45,001 nucleotides of DNA from Catajapyx aquilonaris. Lineage: Eukaryota. The stretch is from positions 1-45,001 of the forward strand of contig JYFJ02003210.1 of assembly GCA_000934665.2 (NCBI GenBank), written 5' to 3'. The notes below the pieces were generated by a model. That model made no database searches. It worked only from the letters and a program-made list of their open reading frames with translations, and had not been told where the DNA came from. Both the position numbers and the translations under genes were made by a program. Of the stretch, positions 12,827 through 24,101 are shown piece after piece (positions within the stretch are counted from its first letter, which is position 1; each line of letters opens with the position of its first letter).

Positions 12827-15800
12827 CTAATTTTCATCTATTGACATGATTTTCTTTTTTGGCAACGTCTTCTTGGGTGACCCCTTCTGTTTTGGCAATC
12901 CCACCTTCTTAGGTGACCTCTTCCTTTTTGGTGACCCCACCTTCTTAGGCGACCTCTTCTTTTTTGGTGACGCCACCTTCTTAGGCGACCTCTTCCTTTT
13001 TGGAGACCCCACTTTCTTAGGTGACTTCTTCTTTGGCGAACCATTTTTCCTCCTCTGCCTTCGTCCTGATTGAGCTGTAGCCTGAAAGGTGATACAATTC
13101 TGGTCCAGAAAGTCCATCAGCTGACTTGTGGTGACACAAATGCCATTTGACTTCATTGATCCCCTCAGGTCTTCAAGTCCAATCACATCATATTCCAGAA
13201 CCCGACGGTACAGTGCACTGTCTGACGTAATGAACTGGTGCATTTCACTGGCCAAAGCTTCTGTTGCTGGCCCACTGTCCCCTTTGTCACCATCCTGTGT
13301 TAAAATGCGCTCTTCCTCCACAGAAATCTGGCTCGTGGACACGCTGCTACCTCAAAAGCAAGCAATCACAATCACCAATGGCAACAATTTCATAATCATC
13401 ATCTACAATGGAAAATATTGTGACTCCAGCCTGGAATTGCAGAAATATTTTAAAATGGCCATTAGGAGTCGCTGATCACGTATGTAATGCCAAGTGCCCA
13501 AGTCACAACACAACCCATTATTTCTTCTGCAATGCTCAAGAGTAACAACAAGAATAATTAAACATGTTAATTATAAGCTTTCTCACCTCTCCTGTGAAGA
13601 CAGGAATTCATCACTGCTGTCACGAGTATCAGCAGGACATTTATCATGTGGATCATCTGTTGTGGTGTCTGGGAGAGAAGAATGGGTCGCCTTGTAAATG
13701 TGCCTGAGAATCTTCTTGGCCTTGTTCCTCGGAAAAGGCTTCACTCCAAAGCTCTTCAGCTCCTTCTTCAGCTGGGGGGTTTCCATGGCACTGTAGTCTG
13801 CCAAAGGCGTTACTGGCGTTTCCGGACGCTTCTTGGACAATTTTTTGGGCCCATGCTTCTTGGCTGCAACAGGCGTCGACATGGTATCCATGACAGGTTC
13901 ATTTTCATCATGCCAAAACACACTGTCATTGAAATTATCGAGTCCTGCGGCGTGTTCTGGATTGCCCATGTTGTCCCACTCGTTAATGTTGTTCAAACTG
14001 GACGCATTGTTGCAATCAGCGTCAACAACTGCTGTGTTTAGTCCAGGACTGTTAGTGGCACTTGCCTTGCTGACAAGGGGCATTCTGGGGTCTGCCACAG
14101 CATTGCCAGCCCTGTTATCTGGATCTGCTCCTGATGACCTGCTGCTCTGGGTCAGGTCAATGGTATCTCCATCCTCTGCAGCCGCCACTTTTGGTTCCTC
14201 AGCTTCATCAAGCCAATTTTTCACAGCATCCATCTTTTCATCTCCTTTGGAAAGCAAGTCCTTGCCAAGAAACTTGTCATTTGCCTCCCACCGTTCTGCC
14301 TTGTTGCTGATCCGATGTGGAGTAGACGTCCCACTCCCTTGTGTTAGGTCAATCTCTTCAGGCCCGTCATTTTGCCTTGGTTGAAACATTAAGTATGAGT
14401 CATTAGATGCATGACTATGCTCAGGTGTCCTCTGACTTGGCTCAATGTGGTCTGACCACTCAATGTGATCAGGGATGTCCATGTCCCAGAATGAGTCATT
14501 CAAATGGTTACCTGGATTAATGGCTGCATCAGTTACATCATGCCTGGAGATGTTGGGACTGGTCTTCAGGACATCGTGGTTTTCACTTGAAGTTTCAGGC
14601 CCATCGTTGGGGGCATCTGGTGTTTTGTGTGGAATATCTGAATGCGTGGAGGATTTGCTGGAGTGGATGTGAGGAAGGTCTGGAGTTTTGGCAGGGGAAT
14701 GGGAATTATTTGAAGAGTACTTGGGAGTTCCGGAAGGTTCCTTGGGGCTACCATTTCCCCCAATTATGGAATCATTACTAATCTCCAGGAGGCAGACACT
14801 ATTTTCAACAGTACTGTCCAAGTCGCACTTCTGATTTTCTGGAGTCCCTGAAGGGAGTAACACTTCCTCCGAAACTGCTCGCTTTGGTGTGGAAGACTGG
14901 GACGACAACTTGGGAAAGTCAAGTGTCCAGTCGGCTGGGTTTTCTAAGCCTGAGCATTCAGGACTCTCTGCACGCATCCTCTTCACTTGAGACGATGTGT
15001 CCTCATTAGACTTCCTTTTATGGCTTGTCTTCTGATCCATGAACCCTCCTTGACTTGACTCGATGATATCTTCTTCCCCCTCAAGTTTGTTCCCACAAAT
15101 CAGCTCCTTGACACCGTAACGGACGGCCAATTTGGACAGCTCACCAGAATTGCGTGTATTGGTGATGGTCCCACAGTAGAGGAACTCCAGAAAAGTCCAA
15201 GCAGCATCCCGAGTGACTTCAGTCCAGAGAAGCATGTCCATGGTGCATCCTCCTGGAGCAGTCTCCTGGATCATGTCCACCAGCACCAAGTTACCAATTC
15301 GAGCAAACAGGACTACCTTGTGGGCTGGAATGTCTTCATCCTGATAATCACTGGTACGGATAGTGACATCACTGAGCTTTGAATTTCCCAGCAGGCTTCG
15401 CCAGGATTCAGACAATGCCGAGGAACCCAAAGTAATTCCAAGACTCTTCCTGCATTTGCTGGTTTTAATCTTCTTCCTGGATTCAAGGTGCTTGTCTCCT
15501 TTACTATCACTATTCTTCCCAGAATTTACCGAGCATTGGGCAGATTCTTCAGCAAGGATATCAAGCATAGTCTGTGTGTCAGGAACACACTCCTGGGACA
15601 GCACACGGCCAGGAATCTGGGACAAGTGCCGTAAGTGCTTTCCAACATCTGAGTTTTTCTGGACAGACACATACCCAGACAATTCAGGCGTGTAGTATGC
15701 CTCTGGAGCATCATCCTTCTGAGCTGCCTTGGTCCACAACTTGGCCTCAGGGCAGTGAAATGAGGCTAGAGAGTCAGACTGGATAGGAACAGAAACGCTG

Positions 15801-18358
15801 CTCAAACTTTGTGGTCCACTAACACAATCCTCAAGCACCTCAGCAACTTTCTCGGAAATTATCCTCTCCCGCTCCTCTTTCTTACGACTAAGTAGGACAG
15901 TTTCCTGTGTTGGAATTCGCTTCTTCCTCACTGGAACGGTCTGGAATACCTCCTGATACACTTTGGCAGGCTTCACCTCATTTGCAAGTCCTGCTTCAAT
16001 AAGAAATTGATTTTGACGCATCCTCTGCTGCTCCTCTGCCTCCTTCATTGACTCGGAAAGAGCCAGAGCGGTCTGGAAATCAACATCCTTTGGAACCTTC
16101 TTGGACCGTGGCTTGTTCACTGCTGCTGGTTGAGGCATGGGAAGCCCCAGGGCAGATCTCTCCTTTGCTTGCTTCTGCTGCAGGGCCACTGCATCCATCA
16201 ACTGGCAGGTGTCAATCCCATGGCGAGCAGCACATGATTTCAGGTGGGAGGAACGCCCAGAGGGAAGCGGCTTCCAACAGAGAGGGCACGGCAGTGAAGA
16301 TGAATTCACGTCACTTTGTTTCTTGTCCTTTAAAAAAAAGAATTGAAAAATTGTCAATCAACAAGCAATGTAGTGTGTGTAACAGACTATGAGCTCATAG
16401 CCACATCACAGGAAATCTTCAATTTCCCCTTACTACTATAAGAACCTATTTTTTCGAAGGCACGTTTGGTTTTTTTTGCGGAGTTTTTTTTGTACTCCTG
16501 AAAGGACCAAAATCGTTCTGAAGTAACTATACGAATTATGTTTCTGTGATGTGCATGCCAAATATTTTTCTAAATTTTCCTCTGATTGTTCCAAACCGAG
16601 GAAAATTTAGAAAAATATTCGGCAACATATTGTGCAAGTGGAAACTGGCTATAAGTGGTAATAGAGTCCAGAGCAAGTAATACGAGGGTCGTTCGGAAAA
16701 GATCCGCACTCGATTTATTGTCGCGGCATACGTGGCTGCACGAAGTTGGCATATGCCTCAACAGGGGAGGCCACTAGTACCCTACACTTTGTAAAAAGTT
16801 TGTCATATTCACCACATCAGGTCAGCGACAGTGCCACTTGAAACGCGGGAGGGTGTAGATTGGCGTGGACAAGATGGAAGGTGACTATCACGGCCAACGG
16901 TGGACAGCCTGGTTCTTGTGGAAAGAAGGTGCGACAGTTGCGGACATTCACCGTCGTCTTGTGGTTGTGTGTGAAGTCCTGGCTCCAGGCCGCAGAACAG
17001 TTTACGACTGGATCCAGGCATTCAAGGCAGGCCATGCCACAGTAGAAAAAGGGCGCGAAAGGTGTTGCTCCTGCACAACAACGCGCGGCCTCACACCAGA
17101 AGCACAACGACACAATCACTGCTCGAGCTCGGTTACACTGTGTTGTCACACCCACCCTATTCCCCGGACCTGGCACCTTCTGACTATGGACTTTTCGACA
17201 CGATGAAGGAACCCCTCCATGGACGAAGATTTGCCAATGCGCCGAGCTCCAAGGAGCTGTCCATGACTGGGTGGTGAGGGCACCAAAAGACTGGTTCCGA
17301 GAGACGATCATGAAGTTGCCAGGAAGGTGGCAGAGGTGCATAGACCTCGGTTGAGAATACGTTGAGGCAGCCCAAGTGTGATTCGGCCTCTGCAGGTGCA
17401 TGTAGTGGCCAAAAAAAATTCCAGTGCGGATCATTTCCAAACGACCCTCGTACTTGCTCGCACTTTTTGTCTTTTGCCCAAGTTTTGTGATTTCCGTCAG
17501 TTTATCACTGTTATTTGGTTTTTGCTATGGTTTGTGACCAAATATTTATACTTTAGGCCTATAAAATTCTTCAAGCTTTTTTTATTTTAGCTGTAACATT
17601 ATCCTCCATACTCCCGGAAAAGTAACAATTTTGTGTCTATTTGAGGTTTTTTCCTGCCTATGTAAGGGCCTATTTCGGAGTTTTTCCGTGCCTAAAAATC
17701 CGGACTCTAAGGATCACACACCGACATGTCCTGTTCACGTTACCCACACCCTTACTCTTCATACAAAACCAAAGTAATTGGTCAGTCATGTGGAGGTGAG
17801 CCTGCATTTAGTGCCGAATAACATTTTAATATAATGACTTGGAACCACAATAATAATACGGTAAATATTGTCTCGCAAAAAAGAACAAATCACACCAATC
17901 ACATACCATGAGGCATTAAAGTACTGAGTGGAACAAGTATTGGTCAGAACAGGACAGGTGAAGTCTTGGTAATTATTACTTACAGAGGATATGGCAGGTA
18001 GACTTCTCACCAAATCATCTCCACGTCGGGAATCAGAAGGAGCCCACAGCTTGGTGAATGAAGGTGAATCGTCCACTTCTCTTTGCAGAGGAGCTGCTGC
18101 CTTGGAGCCAGCAGCCGCCTTCTTTGAATGGTGGCTTCCTTTCCTCTTCAAAACAGGGGCCATTTTGAGTCTTGATTCGGATTCTACTGTCTTCCTTGTT
18201 GGCACTGCCACCTTCCCTGTCACACTGCTGGAGGAGCTGCCAATTTTCGGTGGTGAAGCCACACCTGCTGGCTTGCTGTTTTTGATGGCAGCCTTCAACA
18301 TAGCTGGACTGTCACTTGCATCAAAGTACTTGGAACCAATTTTCTTAAAATCTGCCAT
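12827..18358 (-). CDS. SLX4: Structure-specific endonuclease scaffold SLX4 (BTBD12/mus312), ~1210 aa, 3 coding exons
   Basis: Exons 18358-17984, 16327-13587 and 13343-12827, with GT-AG junctions and consistent phase (3633 nt). Domains in the expected order: UBZ finger (CPLC..HLKSC), MLR-like region (DFQTALALSES, LWTKAA..YYTPEL), BTB (SDVTI..AHKVVL..FLEFLYCG), SIM-like IDLT motifs, SAP (TPLADYSAMETPQLKKELKSFGVK) and SLX1-binding domain (LYRRVLEY..LMDFLDQNCITF). Confidence 0.9.
12865..13045 (-). repeat. Coding 33-bp tandem repeat encoding SPKK/SPKR motifs
   Basis: Repeated ggtgaccccaccttcttaggcgacctcttcctttt-like units, translating as SPKKVGSPKRKR. Confidence 0.85.
16683..17450 (+). mobile_element. 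Internally deleted mariner (DD34D) element in SLX4 intron 1
   Basis: TA|cgagggtcgttcggaaaagatccgcact ... agtgcggatcatttccaaacgaccctcg|TA. N-terminal HTH remnant (ADIHRRL..TVYDWIQAFKAG) joined to the C-terminal LLHNNARPH..HPPYSPDLAPSDY, with frameshifts. Confidence 0.92.
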
Positions 18359-18438
18359 GCCACTCTTCAATCGCTGGGGCCTGCCAGGAGTTGCGGTAGG
18401 GTTTGGAAGGGGCGCACAGAAAGTGGGATGCCAATGAC

Positions 18439-18708
18439 CTAAATGTTCATGTCTTTCTCCTTCTGGTTGGCCTCCCTGGCCTCAGCAGAAGTCTTGGTAA
18501 TATAGCCCTCCATCTTGTACTTCCACATCATCTCCTCCTCAGTTTTCTCACTGTTGTCTTGAAAATATGTCATCAATCGTTGGGTGGGACTCCAGAAGTG
18601 CCAGCAGGCACCAAGTACACCTGTGCCAGCCAGAACTGCCAATGCAAAGTAGTTGCGAATGCGGTAACTTGGGGTCCCCCTCAAGCGACGGGGCTTTGGT
18701 GTACCCAT
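18439..18708 (-). CDS. 89-aa predicted single-pass membrane protein immediately upstream of the SLX4 ATG
   Basis: ATG 4 nt after a clean acceptor (tttctttccag|tgcaATG). Basic N-terminus, hydrophobic YFALAVLAGTGVLGACWHFW segment and charged C-terminus. The stop lies 80 nt before the SLX4 ATG. Confidence 0.6.
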   Translation of the reverse strand: MGTPKPRRLRGTPSYRIRNYFALAVLAGTGVLGACWHFWSPTQRLMTYFQDNSEKTEEEMMWKYKMEGYITKTSAEAREANQKEKDMNI

Positions 18709-19021
18709 TGCACTGGAAAGAAACACAATTCATCGTTAACACAACACATCAATTCTTTCATAAAAGCTCACGTCCTTTGGTCACATAGCTTCACATTCAA
18801 TGCTATGAATGAAATGAGATGGGAATGTGACCATAATTTATAGTGTTTATCCCCACTATACTCACTTGTGACCATAGTGAACAATGCACGTTATTGTTGG
18901 CTCCCCTCACGGCAACACACCTTTTGTTGCTGCTTTGACAACACCCCACAACAAGGGGCTTCTGCCTGTTCTGTTTTCAGGCCAGACTGAAACCCACTGT
19001 GTTCTCAGCACCACAAGCAAA

Positions 19022-21851
19022 ATGAAGAACCCCACAGCGTGTGCCCCTTTCGCCCACCATCGCCTCGCCTATGCTCTCCCTGTGCTGGAGGTGGGCTCGG
19101 AGGAAGAGGCAGTGTCATTGGCCTTCCGGGTGGACAGGGGTAACCTTGACCTTTCCCACAGGCACATGAGGGTCAAGATAAGGACTGGAGGCCCCTCCCT
19201 CTTCAGGTTGCTCAGAAGCTCCAATTCACTGGTCAGTGAACACGTACAATGCAAAGCAAATCATGGTGTGGTAGTGTCATGCATGCCTACGATGATGCAA
19301 AACTGAATATGGGGCGCAATTTCTATTCTGCTGAGAGGGTTGCAGCTCAAAATAATTATGCCAATGCTGCAACTACGCTCCATTCCATTTTCAATATTTC
19401 TTTTTTCAGACCCGCCTGACCGTGGATGGATGCATGCTGGAATCCCTTCGTGACCTGGGCACATCCATGGAGCACCTTCAGGAGCTGAATGCCCGTGGTT
19501 GTGGTCTGCAAACCTTGGACGGCTCCTTTGGGCTGCCCTCGCTATTGTCCTTGGACCTGTCAGGAAACCTGATAGACGACGCAGGCCCCTGCGCAGCCTT
19601 GTCCAACCTGATCTTCCTGAATCTCTCCAGCAACCTGTTGGAAAACTTGGAGGCCATGGCCTTCCTCAATGCTTGTGACCAGCTGCAGGAACTCAAGATT
19701 GGGGGAAACCCCATATGCAATGAGCCGGGAATCAAGGAGGCCCTGGAGAAAATCTTACCAGGTCAGGTGAAGGGGCAGCACCTACAGCAGGTGGAAAAAT
19801 AACACACCACCACATTTGCAAGGGCTTTCAGGATGTTATAAATGCAGCTAGGGTAGTCAACTATTACATGCTGGTGTACTGTAAGCAGGGCGACATTGTG
19901 GCCGTGTGGCGAAGTGGTTAGCGCCGCAGCCTTCCACCTCTAAGGTCCCGAGTTCGATCCCGGGGTCGGACGGAGCATACTCATGTGGATAGAGTTTCGA
20001 TGGGTTCTCTCCATGCTCGGATGGGTTTTCTCGGGGTTCTCCCGTTTCCTCCCACGATCAAAATCCATCACAAAATAACAAATTAATTGCATTTTATAGA
20101 GTTCATACCATGAAATCTGCTTACAAATTTTATTACTTGTCCATTTGAGAACTTTCGTTTGGACACTCCAGAGTATATTTCTATTGGAAGTAATGGAAGC
20201 CTGTTCAGACAGAGAAATAGAAAGCAACACAATTCCGACAAGACTTCCCACATGTGAAACATATTCTCACCAAGTTATTTCTCGTGATACAGTGTAACAA
20301 ACACTACTGGTTAACATCCACGATTATTATTGCTGGGCAGTCACTTACATAAATTTGGCTGCGATGCTTGGCAACATGTGGACAGCAGCATAAAGGCCCA
20401 TACGCACAGGCGGCCGACGGTTTTGGTCTTTGGTCACGTTGACGCCGCGGACCAATCATGACTCATGTAAACAAGCTCAACACTTGGTTGCGCTTGTTGA
20501 TTGGTCCGCGGCGTCAACGCGACCAAAGACCAAAACTGTTGACCGCCTCTGTGTAAGGGGGTATGTCATTCTTCTTACGATTAGTTTCATTATACTATAC
20601 ATGCCGCACAGCAAGGGAGTAATTTGACCCCAGCTAAAAAACCTCCAAAGATGAGTCAATAAGTGATTGCATTGCAATAATCAAGTACTGGGTGTGACTG
20701 TTGCTTCCAGATTCATGTATGCTCTCATGGTTGCAATGGATCACTATACAGGGTGAAGGGAAACTCGCGGACAATCGCCAGGTAGACTGATAGTACTCGC
20801 GAAACTAATATAGGCTGTGCAATTAGTTTTGGGCGCCGCTACACAGTTAATACGTACAGCGCCATCAAAGTTTCGTGACATCACATCCCTTCCGCCAGCT
20901 TCAAAGAAGCAAAAGCCAGCTAGAGGGCCTCTGAATAATCCTGCCTTTGGTCCGTAACATATTGTCCATGTGCAATAGGCGATAAAATCCCGTCAGAGTA
21001 AGAATCCGGGTGCGCCACCCGTGCACTTTGTCATTTTTACCATCCGGCCATCTACACTTTAAATTAAAGGTGCTGTACACATTAACTACGCACTGGCGCC
21101 CAAAACTAATTGCACGCCCCTGCATTAGTTTCGCGAGTACTATCAGTCTACTTGGCGATTGTCCGCGAGTTTCCCTTCACCCTGTATGATTAAATTTAGC
21201 ATCACCATTTTTTGTTTGTAAGTGTGGTAAACCTACTCTCCATTCTCATACGAAGGAGCTTTTTTCTCCCCCTTTATAAGCCACTCAGCAGAAATGTGTG
21301 TTACACGTATGTGCCAGTAAAGTCACCTTTCCAGGGAAAAAAGGCTGGCTGTCCACAATAATGGGCAAAAGTCGCCCCTATGAGAATGGGGTTTACGGAT
21401 GAAAAAGGCCTGACGTTGATGTACGAGTATATGCACCGCAGTACCACATGCTTCAGGGTGCAAACAGCACAGTTCATAGTTACCATTCCCATTCAGGCAT
21501 ACACTGCACACACATGCCTGTGATACAAATGGATTGACATTCTGTTTAGGCGTGATCATTGACCTGGAGTCCGTATACACTGAAGAGGAACAGCCAAAAA
21601 AGAGTGAGGAGAAGGAGGAAAGCCGCAGCACAACCAACTTGTCATCCCGGCCACTCTCTGCACTGCTGAGGGAGAAGGCACAGGACTTTGAGGATGTCAA
21701 GGAACCCCCACCAGCAGTGATGGCCGAGAAGCCTTCAACTCAAGCATCCCCCGTGACACCTCTCATGATGAGTGGAAGCTTCGCAGCTGCTGTTGCCCTC
21801 AGTCGCCGGAGGGACGGGGCGAAGAGTGCCACTCCAGAAACTCAACCTTAA
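19022..21851 (+). CDS. LRRC56: Leucine-rich repeat protein 56 (ciliary), ~287 aa
   Basis: Exons 19022-19231, 19410-19761 and 21550-21851 are in phase. SLRDLGTSMEHLQEL..CGL..LDG..LPSL and the LRR cap GGNPIC match my recollection of LRRC56 (SLRDLGTSLGHLQVL). Confidence 0.8.
19900..20070 (+). mobile_element. tRNA-derived SINE with a V-domain-like central core
   Basis: A box tggcgaagtgg and B box gagttcgatcc, followed by gggttttctcggggttctcccgtttcctcccac, which resembles the V-SINE core; 3' end not determined. Confidence 0.75.
20395..20560. mobile_element. Hairpin MITE, probably PIF/Harbinger-like
   Basis: ~65-bp inverted arms (gttttggtctttggtcacgttgacgccgcggaccaatca / tgattggtccgcggcgtcaacgcgaccaaagaccaaaac). 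Confidence 0.7.
20749..21184. mobile_element. Tc1/mariner-type MITE with ~90-bp TIRs
   Basis: TA|cagggtgaagggaaactcgcggacaatcgcca ... tggcgattgtccgcgagtttcccttcaccctg|TA. Confidence 0.9.
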
Positions 21852-22599
21852 ATCCTACACACTGCACTGGTAAGAAAAAAAGCCCCCCTGAGGCTACGGG
21901 TTCTTTCTTTGTATTTTCGACTCTGGAGCTCATTGGGCTAATCTTTAACTTTTTAAAGAATAAAAAAAGGTGAACCTGTATGGTGTTGTTGCCTCCTTTG
22001 AGTTATACCCAGACGTGAGCGAGTGTCAGGTGGACACACCCCTGCACCGATAATAATCCCTGGAAGCATTTACCTATGGTCGTATGGCGGCACAGCCCGA
22101 CCCGATCCTTGGCAGTGCCGCCGCCACCTCCTCGTTGCCGTGTGGTCGTCCTCCTGTAGTTGTCCCCAAGCCTTCGGCCACCCCCACCCAGAGCCAAGGA
22201 GCAGTGCTGCAGGTGCCCCGAGCTAATCAAATGAAAGCTCGAGTCGAGGTCGCACAGGACGGAACAGAGAACCGCACAAGAAGGAAGGGAGCAGCCATCT
22301 TGGTTCTATCCACGGTTGCCAACTGGACCAGCGTTGCCAACCGAATTAACTGGTGTGTAGTACAACCTTCGTCACAAGTCGTGGAAGAATCCTTTTCAGA
22401 AAGGCTTTGTATGTAGTCATGCACTTGTAGGTCACTGATGGGATTTTTTTTTGCGGAGTTACCGGTACTTTTCTGCTGCTAATTGCGTCCCTGTTATGTG
22501 GGGTCCAGATATACCCCACGTCGTAGCCAATGTACATAATTTTTTTAGAGAGCACATCACAGCGCATCGAATTGTACTTTGTGTGAGTGTTGTTATTCA

Positions 22600-23660
22600 G
22601 CAATAAATATTGCTCGGAACTAAAATCTTGCAGACCCTGCAGCTGGGAATGTTTACGTTATAAGTCATTACTTACGGCATATCGAGCTGGAAGGCTACGA
22701 AGGTGCGATAACGGAGTTTCAAGTCCCTTATGACTCAACTAATGGTCACAGGAGATCGATTTTTTTTTTTTACACATACAGATGAGAATACAGGCCGAAT
22801 TTAGCGCGGAAGAATGGCTGTAGCCTGTAGTGCTATTAAGGCACATAAAAAAATTAAAAATAAAAACCGCTTGGGGTCGTGAAATACCCCACGTCGTAGC
22901 CAATGTGTGGCAGATTCACGTTGGTGGTTTAGTGTTAAACCAAGACGCCCTAGAGCATTTATTTGCATGTGTGCGGCAGATGGGAAGAACACATGAACAT
23001 CCAAATCCAGTAGAATTCAAAAACAGACTAAGGAATTTTTTCTGGCAAAACACACGGAGCTTGTGTCAGATAAAAATAACTCAACTTTTCATGTTACACA
23101 CGATTGTCTTCATGTTACACACGATTGTCTAGGACTCTAGGCGTTGGATGTTCAACAAAATGTTGATTAAGGCCAGCAGGGGTACAACTGCTTATCTGGT
23201 GAATTACTGGCCAGTTTGGCTTCTGAAAGTGTCAAAGAAAATGAACAGAGCCGATGTACTTTATCTCTGTTGAACGAAGCAGAACGGTTGGCTTATTTGG
23301 GTGGTGCAATAGCAAGGAAATTTTTTAAAAAGGTTTCCTGAATTAGGTTTTGTTTGCGAGGCTGGAGACAAGACATCGTATGCGAGTGAACCTTTTTTCA
23401 AGGGCGGTCTGCGGAAGCCAAGCGATGAGTTTTCGTGTCATTTGTGAGCAATGAACTATTTATTTTTGGTGTATCACGGAAAGACATTGCGCACTGGTGC
23501 CAACTGCTTTAAGGGTTTATGTCTATAGTGATGAAATGGCATGTCCCATATGCCCCTGAACCTGTGATCATGTACTTTATGAAATGCAGAACTTTTTTCC
23601 GACTGAGGCATCTCAATGTCTGCATGAGATACTTGAAGACCTGGAAGAAGTGGCGCAAGA
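22600..23660 (+). pseudogene. Decayed P-element/THAP9-family transposase, C-terminal part
   Basis: Motifs in order across broken frames: LNQDALEHLFACVRQMGRTHEHPNPVEFKNRLR, LAYLGGAIARKF, KGGLRKPSDEF, YFMKCRTFFRLRHLN. Boundaries are approximate. Confidence 0.8.
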
Positions 23661-24101
23661 TGCATAAGGTCGCTAATTGATGTGGGCCTATGCCTTGATT
23701 TGTAGACTATATGATGTACTAATGTACTGTATACTATCAACTGTTTGGGAATTACATGGTATTAATCATTGCGACATTTACCGTCTCGAAAAATGTTGAA
23801 AAGCATGCGAGCCGTGCCAAATCACACGTTACGAGAGGGAGAGGAAGAGCGCGCCATGCACCGAGTGACGTACGTGCGCGGGAGGGATGCGTTTTCGTCC
23901 CGCTCAGTGGCTGACCTGGTAGACTTAATGTAGACCTTGACTCACCTGGCATCCAGCAGACCAAGACACACTTGCAACACAGCCTAGGTTTGCGTGCGTA
24001 AACAACATTGTGGGTTCAAAAAAAAAGGGGAGTAATCAAGGTCAGATAAATCAATTTTTTAAATCCAGGATGTGCATTGCCCTTTATTTTCCTGAGCTCA
24101 T

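Noticed and set aside
19162..19206. 45-nt in-frame intron in LRRC56 exon 1
   Set aside because: Removing it would improve the alignment, but the donor (gcacat) is poor and the frame is open either way
19900..19972. Functional tRNA gene
   Set aside because: No clean cloverleaf or T-run terminator; the sequence runs directly into a SINE core
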